Positions 1 through 12,553 of a stretch of 64,000 nucleotides of DNA are shown in pieces. Location: positions 558,001 to 622,000 of the forward strand of contig QPGO01000009.1 of assembly GCA_008632985.1 (NCBI GenBank), read 5' to 3'. This DNA comes from Psammoneis japonica. Its lineage: Eukaryota. The position numbers were made by a program, and so were the translations under genes. Under the pieces are notes generated by a model. It was not told where the DNA came from. It ran no database searches and worked only from the letters and a program-made list of their open reading frames with translations. Numbering within the stretch: position 1 is the stretch's first letter; each line of letters begins with the position of its first letter.

Positions 1-844
1 TGTTCTGCACAAAGTACGAAGCATGAAAAGGTTAGTGTCGAGGTAACAGCGAGTACTGTATGCCAAAACATGGACTGTACTTTGCCGGTATAACAAAACT
101 AAGGTAGAGGTAAATTCTTTTCACATTTTGGTGGTTAGCATTAGAGACGAATGAAGCTTCGGATCTAGGAGATCAAAGGTTTCTATAGAAAAGTATGAGA
201 TGTCAGATGTCAACCGCACGGTGTGTCACATAAGGAAAATAAAAGCACACGTTTCTCGGTGTTCGCCCTCTCCTTATGGTCGTACCGTTCTTGGTAGAAG
301 TATCTTGAACCCAATCGTCGTTGACATCCATGGCTCCACAGCTGTGTCGATTAATGCTTTTTCCTCTTCCTTATCTGCATGTCTAGCGATCTTGCTTTCA
401 TCCCATGCACCTTCCCGCGTCTCACAATAGGGCATCTCTGGTTTGGTTTCTGATGACCAACCCACCAATATGTTCTAGCATTATCACACCATGGCGATCC
501 TTCTAGCATAATCATGGTAGGTCCAAGCACGCGTGTTAGCGACTCAACAACCGTTACCTTTGGCTAGTAATCCTTGTCTGCTTGTATCTGGAACATTTTG
601 ACTACCCTTACCAAGTTGGGCAGCAAATACATATCCTCAGTGCGGAGGTAACCAGCAAAGCTAAGAGCTTTATCTTTCAGTCGGCCATCTGCTGTTCCAC
701 CACGGACGCCAGGAAAGTCGAGAGGTGTACTATTTTCCCTTTCTTGGTTTTTGTTCTCCTTCATCGTGTACCGGTACGAAGTTTGACTTTCTCAGGAATT
801 CTTCTCTCCTACGGTGAGCTTACGCAGATTCGTTCGCTAGAGAG

Positions 845-2414
845 CTAAGCCAGATTTTGACGCCTGCGGTAGTTCCTTCCATGGGTCCCTCCTTTCATAT
901 CGACGGGTTCTAACAATAGCCTTGGCTCAAAAATCGTGGCCTGCTTCCATAGTGCGCCCAACAGCTGTCATGTATCCTACCCAAAGTGCGAGCTACATAA
1001 ATAGATGAGATGCCGTCATACTGCCTGACGGTTACGGTACCGGTAAGCCTCTTTACCATCTCGCTCGCTCAGTGGGCACTTTAATGTCTTAACCATTGAA
1101 TCAACTAGTACATCGCCTACGTGGACATATCACCACACGCGACATCCTCCTTACTAGTGACTTCAATGTTCTTCGTTCAACGGAGATCGATTCAGATTTC
1201 TTCGATACTCCTCGTTCCTTTGTCAAGTCGGTTCCCCTGAGATTCCTGATTCCTAGGTCAGAGAATCGGTCTGTACACCGCTCCTTCTCATCCCTTCGAA
1301 CAGAAAGTCTCTTTCGAGTTTCGAACCTTCGACCTCTTTGACCTCACCGCCAATCGGAACTTTCAGCTGCGAAGACCTCGTCTTGCATCCGCTGTGTCAA
1401 GTAGCTATGTAGGTATCTCACCATGTCATGTATCCTACCCAAAGTGCGAGCTACATAAATAGATGAGATGCCGTCATACTGCCTGACGGTTACGGTGCCG
1501 GTAAGCCTCTTTACCATCTCGCTCGCTCAGTGGGCACTTTAATGTCTTAACCATTGAATCAACTAGTGCATCGCCTACGTGGACATGTCACCACACGCGA
1601 CAAACAGCAGCGAATCATGGCTACACAGTGCAGCTTTGAAATCATCTGGCAGAGGAGCGGTGATGCTGGGCAACCCATCCAACTCCAAACAGAGACAGTG
1701 GAGTCCGAGTCGATTCAACCCCAGTCGTTGCCGCCACCATCGATTGACTTTGGAATCTCCATGAGCAGTGTCACCAATCACAGGTTGTCCCATTCTTTGT
1801 GCGTGGCGGCGAATCTGATGTGTCCGTCCTCCCAATGCGGGTTCCACCAACACTGCACAAGACGAACCAAAAGTTTCACCATCCTTGCCAGTTGCAGCAC
1901 AATGAGATGAAATGACAGCAAACTTCGTCTTGGCTTCCTTTTCGATCCCATGAATGTTGAGTGGTGCATCAACGACGCAGAACGCTTCATCGTGACGCGA
2001 CCACCAATCGCCCCGCAAGATTGCAATGTGTTGTTTTCTCCCTCTCTTCAAAGCCGCATGCAATTCTCCGCAGGTTTCGGAGTCAAAGGCAAACAGCATC
2101 GCCCCGGAAGTTCTATGATCCAAACGATGAACTGGACAGACCTTGCGTGACAATTGACGCTTCACCAAACCAACCAGTGTGGCTTGCTTCTTTCTTCGCG
2201 TCATGCTGTTGCAGTGGACAGTGATGCCACTGGGTTTGTTGATGCACGTCCAATCATTTTCGCATCGTAAAATTGGAATTCTGGGGCGACTTGTCTTGGG
2301 CGGGGATGTCATTGTCATTGACCAGCAGCTCGAGAAGCAGCACAGCAAAAACAAAAACAGCAGCATGATGAGATCGTTCATCATTCCGCGCTTTGATGCT
2401 CCACCAGGAGGCAC
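845..2414 (-). pseudogene. RluA-family RNA pseudouridine synthase, disrupted by a TRIM insertion and TpA-mutated
   Basis: Motifs NKPSG, PVHRLDHRTSG, GRTHQIRRH, IGDTAHG. Removing the TRIM and one TSD restores the frame to ...LLLGALWKQATIFEPRLLLEPVDMKGGTHGRNYRRRQNLA* (TAG 845-847). The start is GTG here but ATG in the paralogue at 16638-16640. No Tyr right of the TRIM. Confidence 0.9.
966..1602 (-). mobile_element. TRIM (terminal-repeat retrotransposon in miniature), 637 bp
   Basis: Two 179-bp direct repeats 966-1144 and 1424-1602 (TG...CA), 6-bp TSD AACAGC (960-965, 1603-1608). Minus-strand PBS-like TGGTGAGATACCT abuts 1423; PPT TAAGGAGGA abuts 1145; 279-bp non-coding interior. Confidence 0.93.
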
Positions 2415-2629
2415 ACTTTTTCAGACCGAGCGAGAGGGATGTCGTCGTTTTCATGCCTCACACCCTCTACGAAGTTTCAACCTACACTGGGGCCTTGCAT
2501 CCGTGTGACTTCGATGAGGAGTGAGGCATGTACCGGCACCAACATGTTGTGTGTTTTGTTGGTTGTTACTTTACGGTGGGTTGCAGGTTGTGTGAGTGCA
2601 TGCATGGGAGGTGCACGCGCTCTTCTCAA

Positions 2630-5600
2630 TTGGTTCCTCCTTTGTGGTAGGAACTCTGGACACGAAGTGAGGAGGTGTGGAACCCGGGCTGGTTTGGATT
2701 GCCATGCGCGCGAGCATCAAATTTTAGAGCTTTGATCTTTACTTGCCACCAATCATTTTTTAAAAAATTCGCACGCTTAAATGATGGGTTCGCAATTGAT
2801 TAATGTGCGACGCAATTCTACATTGATGTTTTAACATTATGTCAAAAAATGGCGATTTAATTCTTGCATTCGTGTGTGGACATGTCATAAGAAGAGACGT
2901 GGGTTTCCCCTTTTTGATAATTCTGGTGTGATCGTTCTATGGCAGATGATAAGAGAACTGTCCTAACGTTGTGCATCACTGGTTGCTGAGTGTGTCTGTC
3001 ATTGCAATAATGTGCTGACATCGATTTGTTAGATTAGACCCTTTGTTTTCTATCGGTTGTTGCCGGGCACGCTTGCAAGCCCGCGTGTGAAGCCTGGAAC
3101 ATTTTCCAAAAGGTAGAAATAATTCCCACATGCAGCATCAAAATGTTCCATTTGTCAATTGGACTGCAAAATGTCATCACACTGTTCGTTGGTGAAGCAC
3201 GCGACACTTCTTCCTTCCATCAACTGGAGCAGGGCGTTGCACCCGTCCGGCAGTCTGCACAGACTTAAATCTCTCTTCAGCGGTTGCCGAAGATGCAGAC
3301 CATTTCTGGTCTTGACCCTGGAGAGCATGACACATGCCCAGTTTTGTGCACAGCTCCAGCTAGGTACAAACACATTGTCGACACCGCTTCCTTGAAGCTT
3401 GTGTCCTGTGGTTGCATTGTTTGTCATGAATGGCAATTGGGTTGCTTTCAGTCCGAGCGTGTGTTTCTCTTTTTCCTCAGCTGTCATCTGTTGGGTTGGG
3501 TCCTTTGAACAGGCTTTGAAAGTGGAAGACTTGGGCTTGAGCGAAAAGGTGGGTGGATCGATGCTTTTGTTGCCATGCTTGAGTTCTACATGATCCACCT
3601 GGGATGCCTGGCATTAGAATTGCGATGTTTGTGTTACATGTCAGCTTGGATCTGCTGATTGCAGGGCACGATGCATTCTGGAAAGCATCGCATTTTCTCC
3701 TCTTGGGGACAATTTCTTTGACGCATCTATGACGGAATGAGCCATCCCAAGAGAACCACTTAATTTTTGCNNNNNNNNNNNNNNNNNNNNNNNNNNNNNN
3801 NNNNNNNNNNNNNNNNNNNNNNNNNNNNNNNNNNNNNNNNNNNNNNNNNNNNNNNNNNNNNNNNNNNNNNNNNNNNNNNNNNNNNNNNNNNNNNNNNNNN
3901 NNNNNNNNNNNNNNNNNNNNNNNNNNNNNNNNNNNNNNNNNNNNNNNNNNNNNNNNNNNNNNNNNNNNNNNNNNNNNNNNNNNNNNNNNNNNNNNNNNNN
4001 NNNNNNNNNNNNNNNNNNNNNNNNNNNNNNNNNNNNNNNNNNNNNNNNNNNNNNNNNNNNNNNNNNNNNNNNNNNNNNNNNNNNNNNNNNNNNNNNNNNN
4101 NNNNNNNNNNNNNNNNNNNNNNNNNNNNNNNNNNNNNNNNNNNNNNNNNNNNNNNNNNNNNNNNNNNNNNNNNNNNNNNNNNNNNNNNNNNNNNNNNNNN
4201 NNNNNNNNNNNNNNNNNNNNNNNNNNNNNNNNNNNNNNNNNNNNNNNNNNNNNNNNNNNNNNNNNNNNNNNNNNNNNNNNNNNNNTCTGTGATGGACAGT
4301 CGAGTGTAATCCTCGCCACATGTCAACCCAGTTGTGCAGATCCGACTGGTCAGTTTGGATGGTGTTCTTTTACCATCACGCCTGAAATCTCTGTTGTCAG
4401 AATGCAGATTGTCTCTTGCTGTGTTTGTGTCTTCAAACCATGCCTGAATGTGACCGTGTGCCGAGAGTCTACCTTGTTCTTCCACTGCAGCTATGAAAGC
4501 GGAGGGTCTCCCCATGTAGAATTCAAAATCTTCTCTGGGTGAATTCCTTTTTAAGTCCCATCCTGTCACTTCTTCTATGACGATTTCCAATGACATTTCG
4601 AGTGCAAAAGCGGTGACACCCGGGTGCTCCACACGAAGCTCGTTTCTTGCCCCCAGCCTTTTCGGTCAATTCTTCATCCAACATTTCTGTCACATCTCTG
4701 CCTTTGTCGATGAGCATGTCCGCATAAATTTGAACTAAAAAGGAATTGGCATCATAGGGGCTTTGTCGTTGAAAATGCTCCAGGTTGTCCAAAGTGGTGT
4801 TGGCAGGTTTCAGCATTTCTTCTCATTTTTTTTGCTGCTTCATTTGCATGTGGAATAGATGCCAACACCACATCCACTGCACTTAAGAAACGATGTCCCA
4901 ATGCGCAATTCCTGCGTTCACCAGTCTGTCTGTCATGTGTGGCACGGTCGACGTCGTCTTGTGTCAGTTCATTTGAGAATTGTCTGGCTTGATTTTTGTC
5001 TCTTACTTTCCATCCAGCACTGTGCACCATTCGTTGCTTCACAGTCAGATTGCACAGGGTCAGAACAAAGAGTTGCTTGTGGAAATGGGGCTGAGAAATG
5101 CGGGCCAAGTGATCTGCGCAATGTGCCAGATTTGCACAGTCGGCGAGACTCCCGTCTTCTTTCATTCTTGTTTCATCAATGCCGCCATGCCCACAAGGAA
5201 ATTGCAGCAAGCAAGCATTTGCCAGGTTGTTGTCCTTAAAGTCACTGACTGATTCTTTCAAAAGATCAGCTTTGAATTCAATGTCAAAACCGCTTGCAGC
5301 TGCATCGTGCACCAAGTCTTTGAAGCTGTCTAAATTACGTTGTCCACCAGTTGTTGAAGAAACGGTGCCATCGGGGAAACAAACACTGCAGGACTCCGTG
5401 GTTTCAATGTTTGCATTTTCGCTTTCGTCCAAACTGCCATTGTCCACTAAAACTGGATTCTGCAAATCACTTCGCACTTCCTCTAGATCGATGTCTTGAT
5501 TCATCCAATTCTCGTGGTGATGGACAAGCCATTCTAGTGCTCTCATTACATGGTGAGTCCTGATTTTGTTCTTTTGTCTGGCCATTCGCCTTTGCTCTGG

Positions 5601-7099
5601 TGTCATTTTGCCGGACACCAACACAACCACATTTTGATGAAGGTTCAACACGTCAAAGTGCACAATGGTGCGGGCGATGCTCTTTACGCTCATCTTGTAA
5701 TGGGAAAGACTGCCTTGCAGTTTCTTCTGTTTGCCACCGACAAAACTGAAGCAGCAGCCACATGTTTTCACAGGTGTCAACAAAGCCAGTTCCACTTCGG
5801 TGAGACACGATAATTCAGGTGGTGGTGTTCCAAAACAGTGGTCATTTGCCATTGCGCACAGAGGCATGGAAGCAGTGCAGAGACTTCTTTTACAAGGCCT
5901 GCAACACGTGAATCCTTCAGACCTTCTGTTGTCGTTCGGAACAATGTGTCAAGCTCTTGGCGAAAGTGACAGGTCGGAAATCCATCGGCAATCCCGTGGA
6001 ATGTGGTCGTCATCGATGCGACAACAATCGTGCAGGTCTTCCGACACTTGGTTCCATTCAGATGGAGTTGACAGGTGTCTGGCTTCATTCAATCCATTGA
6101 CAGAAAGTCGAGCAGTCTGAGACGGTTTTGACAATCTGTCACACACCAAACAAACCCAAGGGATGCACTCGTTTCCATTCCTGCAACAAAGCTTCTCAAA
6201 ACATCTGTTTATGTTGTCTCGGTGCCTGGTGTTGCCATCATCCACAAGACAGCTTGCAACGGCAGGCTCACACTGCGCAAAGATGAGTTGAACCAACAAC
6301 GCAGCAATGGGTGCACGCCAGATGACACGACGACCCATGAGACTTGCAAAATGAGAACAATCGGAGTAAAGTCAATGTGATCAACAGATGGTGGACAATC
6401 CGACCTGCAACTGGTGTTCCCAGTCACTGCAGGGTCCACTTCCAGTGTTTTCTGGACTCAGCAGACGAGTGTGTGCAACAAATCTTCAGTGTGTCAAGAG
6501 CACAATGAACAACAATGAATGCGAAATGACAAATCTGCAGCCGGTGTTTCCCGGTCTCTGCAGACTCTGCGACCAGTGTGTTCTGGTCCCCACAGACATT
6601 GTCTCAGCTGCAACTGGCGATGCTTTGTGTCGAGATGGCTGGAGAGTCTTCCTTTGCAAAAGTTCAGATCTCATGAAAAATGAGGGTTGAAGCAAACTTC
6701 CGTGCATGATTGACGGACCCGACACGTTGTAGATCGCTCGTCTCGACCCACTTGACACGTCATCGTTCGCTCGTGCGTTCCACATTGGGGTGTGCTGCCA
6801 ACAGCAGTGGCATCACACCAGTGAGGTCATGAACGTCAGCGGGAACGATGTCTTGTGGAAGTTCAATGTGCGATGATGTGTCTCGCAGTTGAAGTCGGTT
6901 CCACCCACTACGACCATGCGACGTTTGCACGACTGTGACACCTCATGTCTCGATCTACTGCCAAGTGTAACAGATGTGTGCATGCCAGACACATGTTCTT
7001 GCTGACGTCGTACAGCATGTTTCAACGAATTCTACTGTACAAATCCTACTCATTATGTAACCGTGGCTGGATGTGAGGAACTGCTGGACAGCCATTGTA
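2630..7099 (-). mobile_element. Helitron-like rolling-circle transposon (degenerate Rep-helicase)
   Basis: HUH Rep motif VEEQGRLSAHGHIQAW (about 4440-4490); PIF1-helicase C-terminal motifs TGHKLQG and WACVMLSRVKTRNGL (3155-3598); N-terminal PPELSCLTEVELALL. Ends inferred from the empty site CTCAATTCAACGG at about 11952 and 16819; no TSD. Confidence 0.85.
3771..4285. other. assembly gap (N run) inside the Helitron
   Basis: 515 Ns. Confidence 1.
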
Positions 7100-7699
7100 T
7101 TCAACGGTCGACGGACGTTCCTACCATTTTTCATTTCTTTTCCTCAGGAATTAAAAAAAAAATCCCTAGTGAGATTCCGCCGCCGAAATCAAAATTTCAA
7201 AAAATGAAAAAAACCTTGAACACATAACATCAACGAGAGGAGTCTAGTCACCGAGACGCGAATAAAAAGCGAATCCGCAATCATCATCCACGTCAACCAA
7301 TCGCGGGAACAAAATACCCATTATTTTATTCTTTTCGAGTCCAAGAACGAGGCGCTTTTTCATTCTACAAAGTAAATCGATTGTCCAATCAGTTGAGACA
7401 TACATTTAGTACCTTATTAGTTTTCAAAAAGGTGAGTGATGGGAATAGTAGCGATTGCAAGAGTCACCTGCCTTGAGTCGGACGAAAACTGAGTTGTTCG
7501 TGAGCGGTCGGAAGAAAGCAATAGTGGTTCTATAGCGTCAAGTGAGATGTTGCTCTGCACCGTCCATGGAAGAACCAAAAGTCTACATTGTGAACACAGG
7601 CATCGCTCGGATTTGTTGGTTGCTTAGCCTAATTCTTCGTTTGGTTGCTTTTTTGTGCTCCTTGCTCCCAGAGATTTTTTTCCAGTAACAGCTAAGAAT

Positions 7700-8845
7700 A
7701 TGACTACTTCAAAGTTTCGGATTGTTCAAGTATGGATTGCTATGATTTTCTTCCTCGGGGCGATTCACTGGCATTTTCTGGATAACGTTAATGACCTTGT
7801 TGCGCAGGCGGAACAGCATGAGAAAGAAGAATCAAAAGAAATTTGTGCCGGTTGGGATACAAACATGGATGCATGGTGGACTCACCATCCCGACTACGAA
7901 GTCTCACACGAGAACGAGACTGGCTATTGCTTCTCACCCATAACGGACAAGAGAAAGGCTAAATTCTTTCGCCATCTTTACCAAGTTCAATACAAAAGCA
8001 ATTGCTCCAATGCGCGAACAATAAATATGGCGTCGAATGGCTGGGGTGCAACCTTCAATATGGTCGACGAGGGCCTTCTCTACGCATACGAAAATAACCA
8101 GCCAATCGCAGTATATCCAACCAAGGGACGGTGGCACTATGCCGCTAAAAAGGATGCTAGCAAGCCTGTTTGTAAACGCAAGGACATGTCGTGCTACTTT
8201 CTCAATGTAACATCCTGTCAAGCTAATCCAAACAAGATTGAAAACCTAAAACCCAAGGGGGACTTCACGGTGAATTCACACCATGGCCGTTGGAGTTACG
8301 AATATGCCACACGTGGTCAAACTTGGTTGAGACGAGAAGTGTACAAAATGACGGCCTCGACAAAGCTTGTTACGCCGTGCACTGTCATGCACGTTCGTCG
8401 GACAGATGTTCTGCTAGAGGGGAAAGAAAGAGGGAAGCACCGTAAATACCATGATATCACGGAGTATGTCCAGGGGGCTGGGAAGAACCTGACGGATAAT
8501 ATCTTTCTTCTCACGGACGATCAAGATGCCATAGAGGAAGCGACAACGGAGTTTCCTCAGTACAACTGGATGTTTCTGAATCGACCTCGAAACAGGGGAA
8601 TAGAGGGCGGTTTTGAAGGACATATCCCCTCCGACGATCCAAAGTTTGAGGTCGTAGTCATTCTCGCCACTCTTCTGTTAGTGAAGCATTGTGAGACGTT
8701 TGTATACGCAAGAAGCAGGTTCGCTACACAAATTCGAAGTAGCATGCCTGGTGCCAAGATGATCTATCTCGACGAGGGCAAGCAAATTTATTTCGATAAC
8801 TCTGTAAATGAGACTGCGATCCAGACAAAGTCACATCCTGGGTAG
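7700..8845 (+). CDS. GT23/FUT8-like alpha-fucosyltransferase, copy 1
   Basis: N-terminal TM anchor, MHVRRTD (FUT8 motif I VHVRRTD) and IFLLTDD; intact ORF, first ATG at 7700. Confidence 0.8.
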   Translation: MTTSKFRIVQVWIAMIFFLGAIHWHFLDNVNDLVAQAEQHEKEESKEICAGWDTNMDAWWTHHPDYEVSHENETGYCFSPITDKRKAKFFRHLYQVQYKSNCSNARTINMASNGWGATFNMVDEGLLYAYENNQPIAVYPTKGRWHYAAKKDASKPVCKRKDMSCYFLNVTSCQANPNKIENLKPKGDFTVNSHHGRWSYEYATRGQTWLRREVYKMTASTKLVTPCTVMHVRRTDVLLEGKERGKHRKYHDITEYVQGAGKNLTDNIFLLTDDQDAIEEATTEFPQYNWMFLNRPRNRGIEGGFEGHIPSDDPKFEVVVILATLLLVKHCETFVYARSRFATQIRSSMPGAKMIYLDEGKQIYFDNSVNETAIQTKSHPG

Positions 8846-9449
8846 TACTCGGTAACAGTATTCGGGTGCATTTCCCACACTACTCTAGAGTGAATTTAGA
8901 TAGATTTACCATACGGTACAATGTACTTCTCTAGAGAATTGCTCATGAAAGAATTGGACCTCATCGTTTGGAATCGTCTGGTCTCGCCACTGCGGACTCT
9001 TTTTTGAAAATTTGACAAGACAGTACAAATGCAGCAGATTGGACCTAGCAAACAGAAAGGCAAGTACAATTCAAAACACCCGATGAACCAAACTGACTGC
9101 GACTGCAGATGAGAGGGCTGCAAGCCAACGAAGACAGGGCATTGAACCAGATCGTGTCCGCATCATCCTCAGTCAGAGCTGACAGAGCCGCGGGAACAAG
9201 GAACCGGCCATCGCTAACATGGGTCCCCACCATCGACAACTTCCACATCGGAGACAGAGTGAGGATCATCAACACACTGTGATGCCAGCATTCGGCAGAA
9301 AGTCAGCAACCCAACAGGACTGCGTTGGTGCCGTGACCAAGACAACTGCTCATCTGAGAGCCCCAAACAATGTGGGGTTCCTGTCAGACTAAAAATGTCA
9401 GAGCCAAGACTGGACACAGCACCCAGAACCACTGACCGCACACCAGAGA

Positions 9450-10560
9450 AACTTTGTCCAATCAGAGCCATGGGGGAAGGAAGCAACGAAAGCAAGAGGG
9501 TGGCAAATTCACGTGCGATGCATCAGCCAACAAGGACACATTCATGAAGACGACTGGGATCATCACCGAGTCCATTGGATGGGAGTGTGATGATGCTGGA
9601 GAGTTCTGCACTGGGGCGGTTGCCCTCAGACTGAATGGTCTCATTCTTGTCCTGCTTGACCCTGACCCAGTGGCCGGAACAGCTGTCCTGAAAAATGGAA
9701 AAACTTGTGCACAAGACCCATCAGCCAAAGCCTTTGCATTGACACTGAGACAGTGTTCCCAGGCACTGCGCAACTGTGTGGAGGCCCATGAAGATTGGGT
9801 GGCTGCCAACAAGAACTCCAACATTGTCGAACTGCTTCAGATCATCTGAGCCTTCATGATGCAGCATCAGACAAGGAGACATCCTGTGCATGCCATCATT
9901 GAGGCAGAGTTGGAGGTGCTGCTGTTCAAGCAAGGATGGCTCATGTTTGCCAGCAACTGCTTTGAGTGATTCAAAGATTCCGCAGGGATGGCGGAACATC
10001 TTGGGGGCAACATTGGATGCCAGCAGTTCCAAGCAGTGGCAAGGCTTGCTTTGATGGTGGTTGATGCCAATGTTCCCACCAACAAGGAGTGGGTCCAAGC
10101 CAGGCAGAAGTGCATGACAAACACCTGGGCATGCTCTTCCTGCCAAACAGCAACAAGTGCAGGTTTGGCAACCTCATCTGTGACCTGAGAAATTGAGAAA
10201 ACAAGTGCACCAGGGGGACAGACAAGCACCCCGTCACACTCAATGCAGCACACAATTTCCTGGTCAACTGCCAAGCACCACATCACCCTGGGACACACAG
10301 CACAGACCAACATGAGATGGCTTTCCTTGCTGATGGTGATTGCCCTGGGCAAGGACGTCACCAGGACGTGGGGGTGGACACATGCCCGGGGACAAAGCCC
10401 AGGATGTGGATGAGGTTGAGGAGGCCACAGTGACCCACTGTGCCGCATGACTGCTGACACCAACAACCCGCCAGCGGATCAGGATGCAGCAGAGCCTGAG
10501 GTGAAGGACAATCAAGGTGCAATCAAAGTGGGATGCAGTTCTCACCAGACAGTTCCTGTG
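9450..10560 (+). mobile_element. Ty1/copia (CoDi-type) gag remnant
   Basis: ESIGWECDDAGEFCTG, QCSQALRNCVEAHEDW..SNIVELLQII and ENKCTRGTDKHPVTLNAAHNFLVNC resemble diatom Copia gag motifs with Y>C/H; frameshifts and stops. Confidence 0.65.
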
Positions 10561-11444
10561 ACCCCGAGAAGTTTGTTGATGGGCACTCATGCACGCTCCA
10601 GCAGAGCCAGCCTGAAACCTTCTGTTGGATGCCCATTTCAATCATTTGCTGCCACAACATGATTCGTGGCTCTTCACAACAGGTGCAAATGAAATGCTTT
10701 GCAACAGTCTGGGAAGCACATGCCATGCCCATCTTGCAGTTGATGCCATTGCAGCTGTGACAGCCAAAACAATGCTCTGTTTGTCCTGAAACCTTCTGTC
10801 GGGCACCCATTTTGATTGTTTGACACCACAACAATGTGCGCGGCTCTTGCTTTGATTGATGTGCACATGATGCTTTGCAATGGTCTTCAGCAGGAAGCAC
10901 ATGCCATGCACAAATGTGCCATTTGTGGGCTGCAGCACAGGTTGACGAGCACATGGAAAGTGGTGACATGATTGCCCAAACAAGGGACACAGATCCAAAA
11001 TCAATGGATTCTCTTCCACCCTCCTTTGCATTGCTCCAAAGGCAAGAAATCATTGCCACAATGATGATCAGTGTGCCAAAGTTGTTTGGAAAAGTGCCTT
11101 GAGTGACTCTGCTTGCAGTGCTGCACCTTCCACTTGGCTTCCAAATCTTTGGCAATCTTTGCCATGTTGCCAGTGGGATGGCAGGTGAAATGCAGATGCG
11201 CAAAGTGACCAAGAAAAATGAGATGTTGTAAGACGGGTTTCCAAGAAAAGGTCAAGCAGCTCTTCCATGATTTTCCCATTTCAGCATTCTTGTGTAGACT
11301 CCACAGGGTGCTAAACACATTGACAATAAGATCTGATGCAAGTCAACTCAAGAACCAAACAATGCTGATGCTGCCTCAATGGCTTGGCATCCACCTTGAC
11401 CCAAATTCGGCATCATGGGATGGATGGCATGGCCCATGAGCAAA

Positions 11445-11775
11445 TCAAAGGCAAACAGCATGGCCCCAGAAGTTCCATGATCCAAACATTGCACTAAATG
11501 GACTTTGCACGACAATTGGTGCTTCATCAAACCAACCAGCATGGCTTGCATTTTGTGCTTCGAGTTGTGTTGTTGCAGTGCTCGACAGCCACGCCGCTGC
11601 TTGGTTTGTTGACACACGTCCAATCATTTTCACAATGTAAAATTGGAACTCTGGGGCAAGTTGTCTTGGACAGAAGCATCATTGACCAGCAGCATGAGAA
11701 GCAGCACGGCAAAAATTGCAAAAGCAGCATGATGAAATCGTTCATCATTCCGGGCTTTGATGCTCTCAGGCATGC
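11445..11775 (-). pseudogene. 5' fragment of the RluA pseudouridine synthase, copy 2
   Basis: Aligns to 2082-2414 (CENDWTCVNKPS, VQCLDHGTSGAMLFAFD); truncated and frameshifted. Confidence 0.85.
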
Positions 11776-12553
11776 TTTTTCAGACCAAGAGGAATGTCAT
11801 GGTTTTCATGCCTCACACCCTCTGTGAAGTTTCAACCTACACTGGGGCCTAATGTCCGTGTGACTTCGATGAGTGAGGCCCTTGCACATCCAAAACATGA
11901 TGTTTATGACACCGGCACAAATGTTGTGTGAGTGTGAGGTGCACGCATCTTCTCAATTCAACGGTCGACGTTCCTGCCATTTTTCCTTTATTTTCCTCAG
12001 GAATGTATACAGTAATATGAATATACAATATTAGTACTCGTGGAACAAAAAATGCAGAAATCAAAATTTCAAAAAATGAAAAAAACCGTCAACGCATCAA
12101 CGACACGACACGAATGAAAAGCGAATCAACCTCTATGTATGATACTGTAGCAACCAATCGCGGTAACAAAATACCCATTATTTTATTCTTTTCGAGTCCA
12201 AGAACGAGGCGCTTTCTCATTCTACAAAGTAAATCGATTGTCCAATCAGCTCAGAGTTACATTTAGTACCTTATAGGTTTTCAAAAAGGTGAGTGATGGG
12301 AATAGCAGCGATTGCAAGAGTCACCTGTCTTGAATCGGACGAAAACTGCGTTGTTCGTGAGCGGTCGGAAGAAAGCAATAGTGTCATAGCGTCAAGTGAG
12401 ATGGTTGCTCTGCACCGTCCGTGGAAGAACCAAAAGTCTACCTTGTGAACACAGGCATCGCTCGGGTTTGTTGGTTGCTTAGCCTAATTCTTCGTTTGGT
12501 TGCTTTTTGTGCTCCTTGCTCCCAGAGAATTTTTTTCAGCAACCGCTAAGAAT

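Noticed and set aside
1..840. Short minus-strand ORFs 274-468 and 564-764
   Set aside because: Possibly parts of a degraded or spliced gene, but no recognisable domain or splice model.
3477..4632. Long ORFs spanning X residues
   Set aside because: They run through the N gap; only the flanking Helitron segments are informative.
1575..6338. Alternative genetic code or RNA editing to explain the missing Tyr
   Set aside because: Neighbouring genes use TAY normally, non-coding LTR DNA shows the same change, and the affected ORFs are frameshifted.
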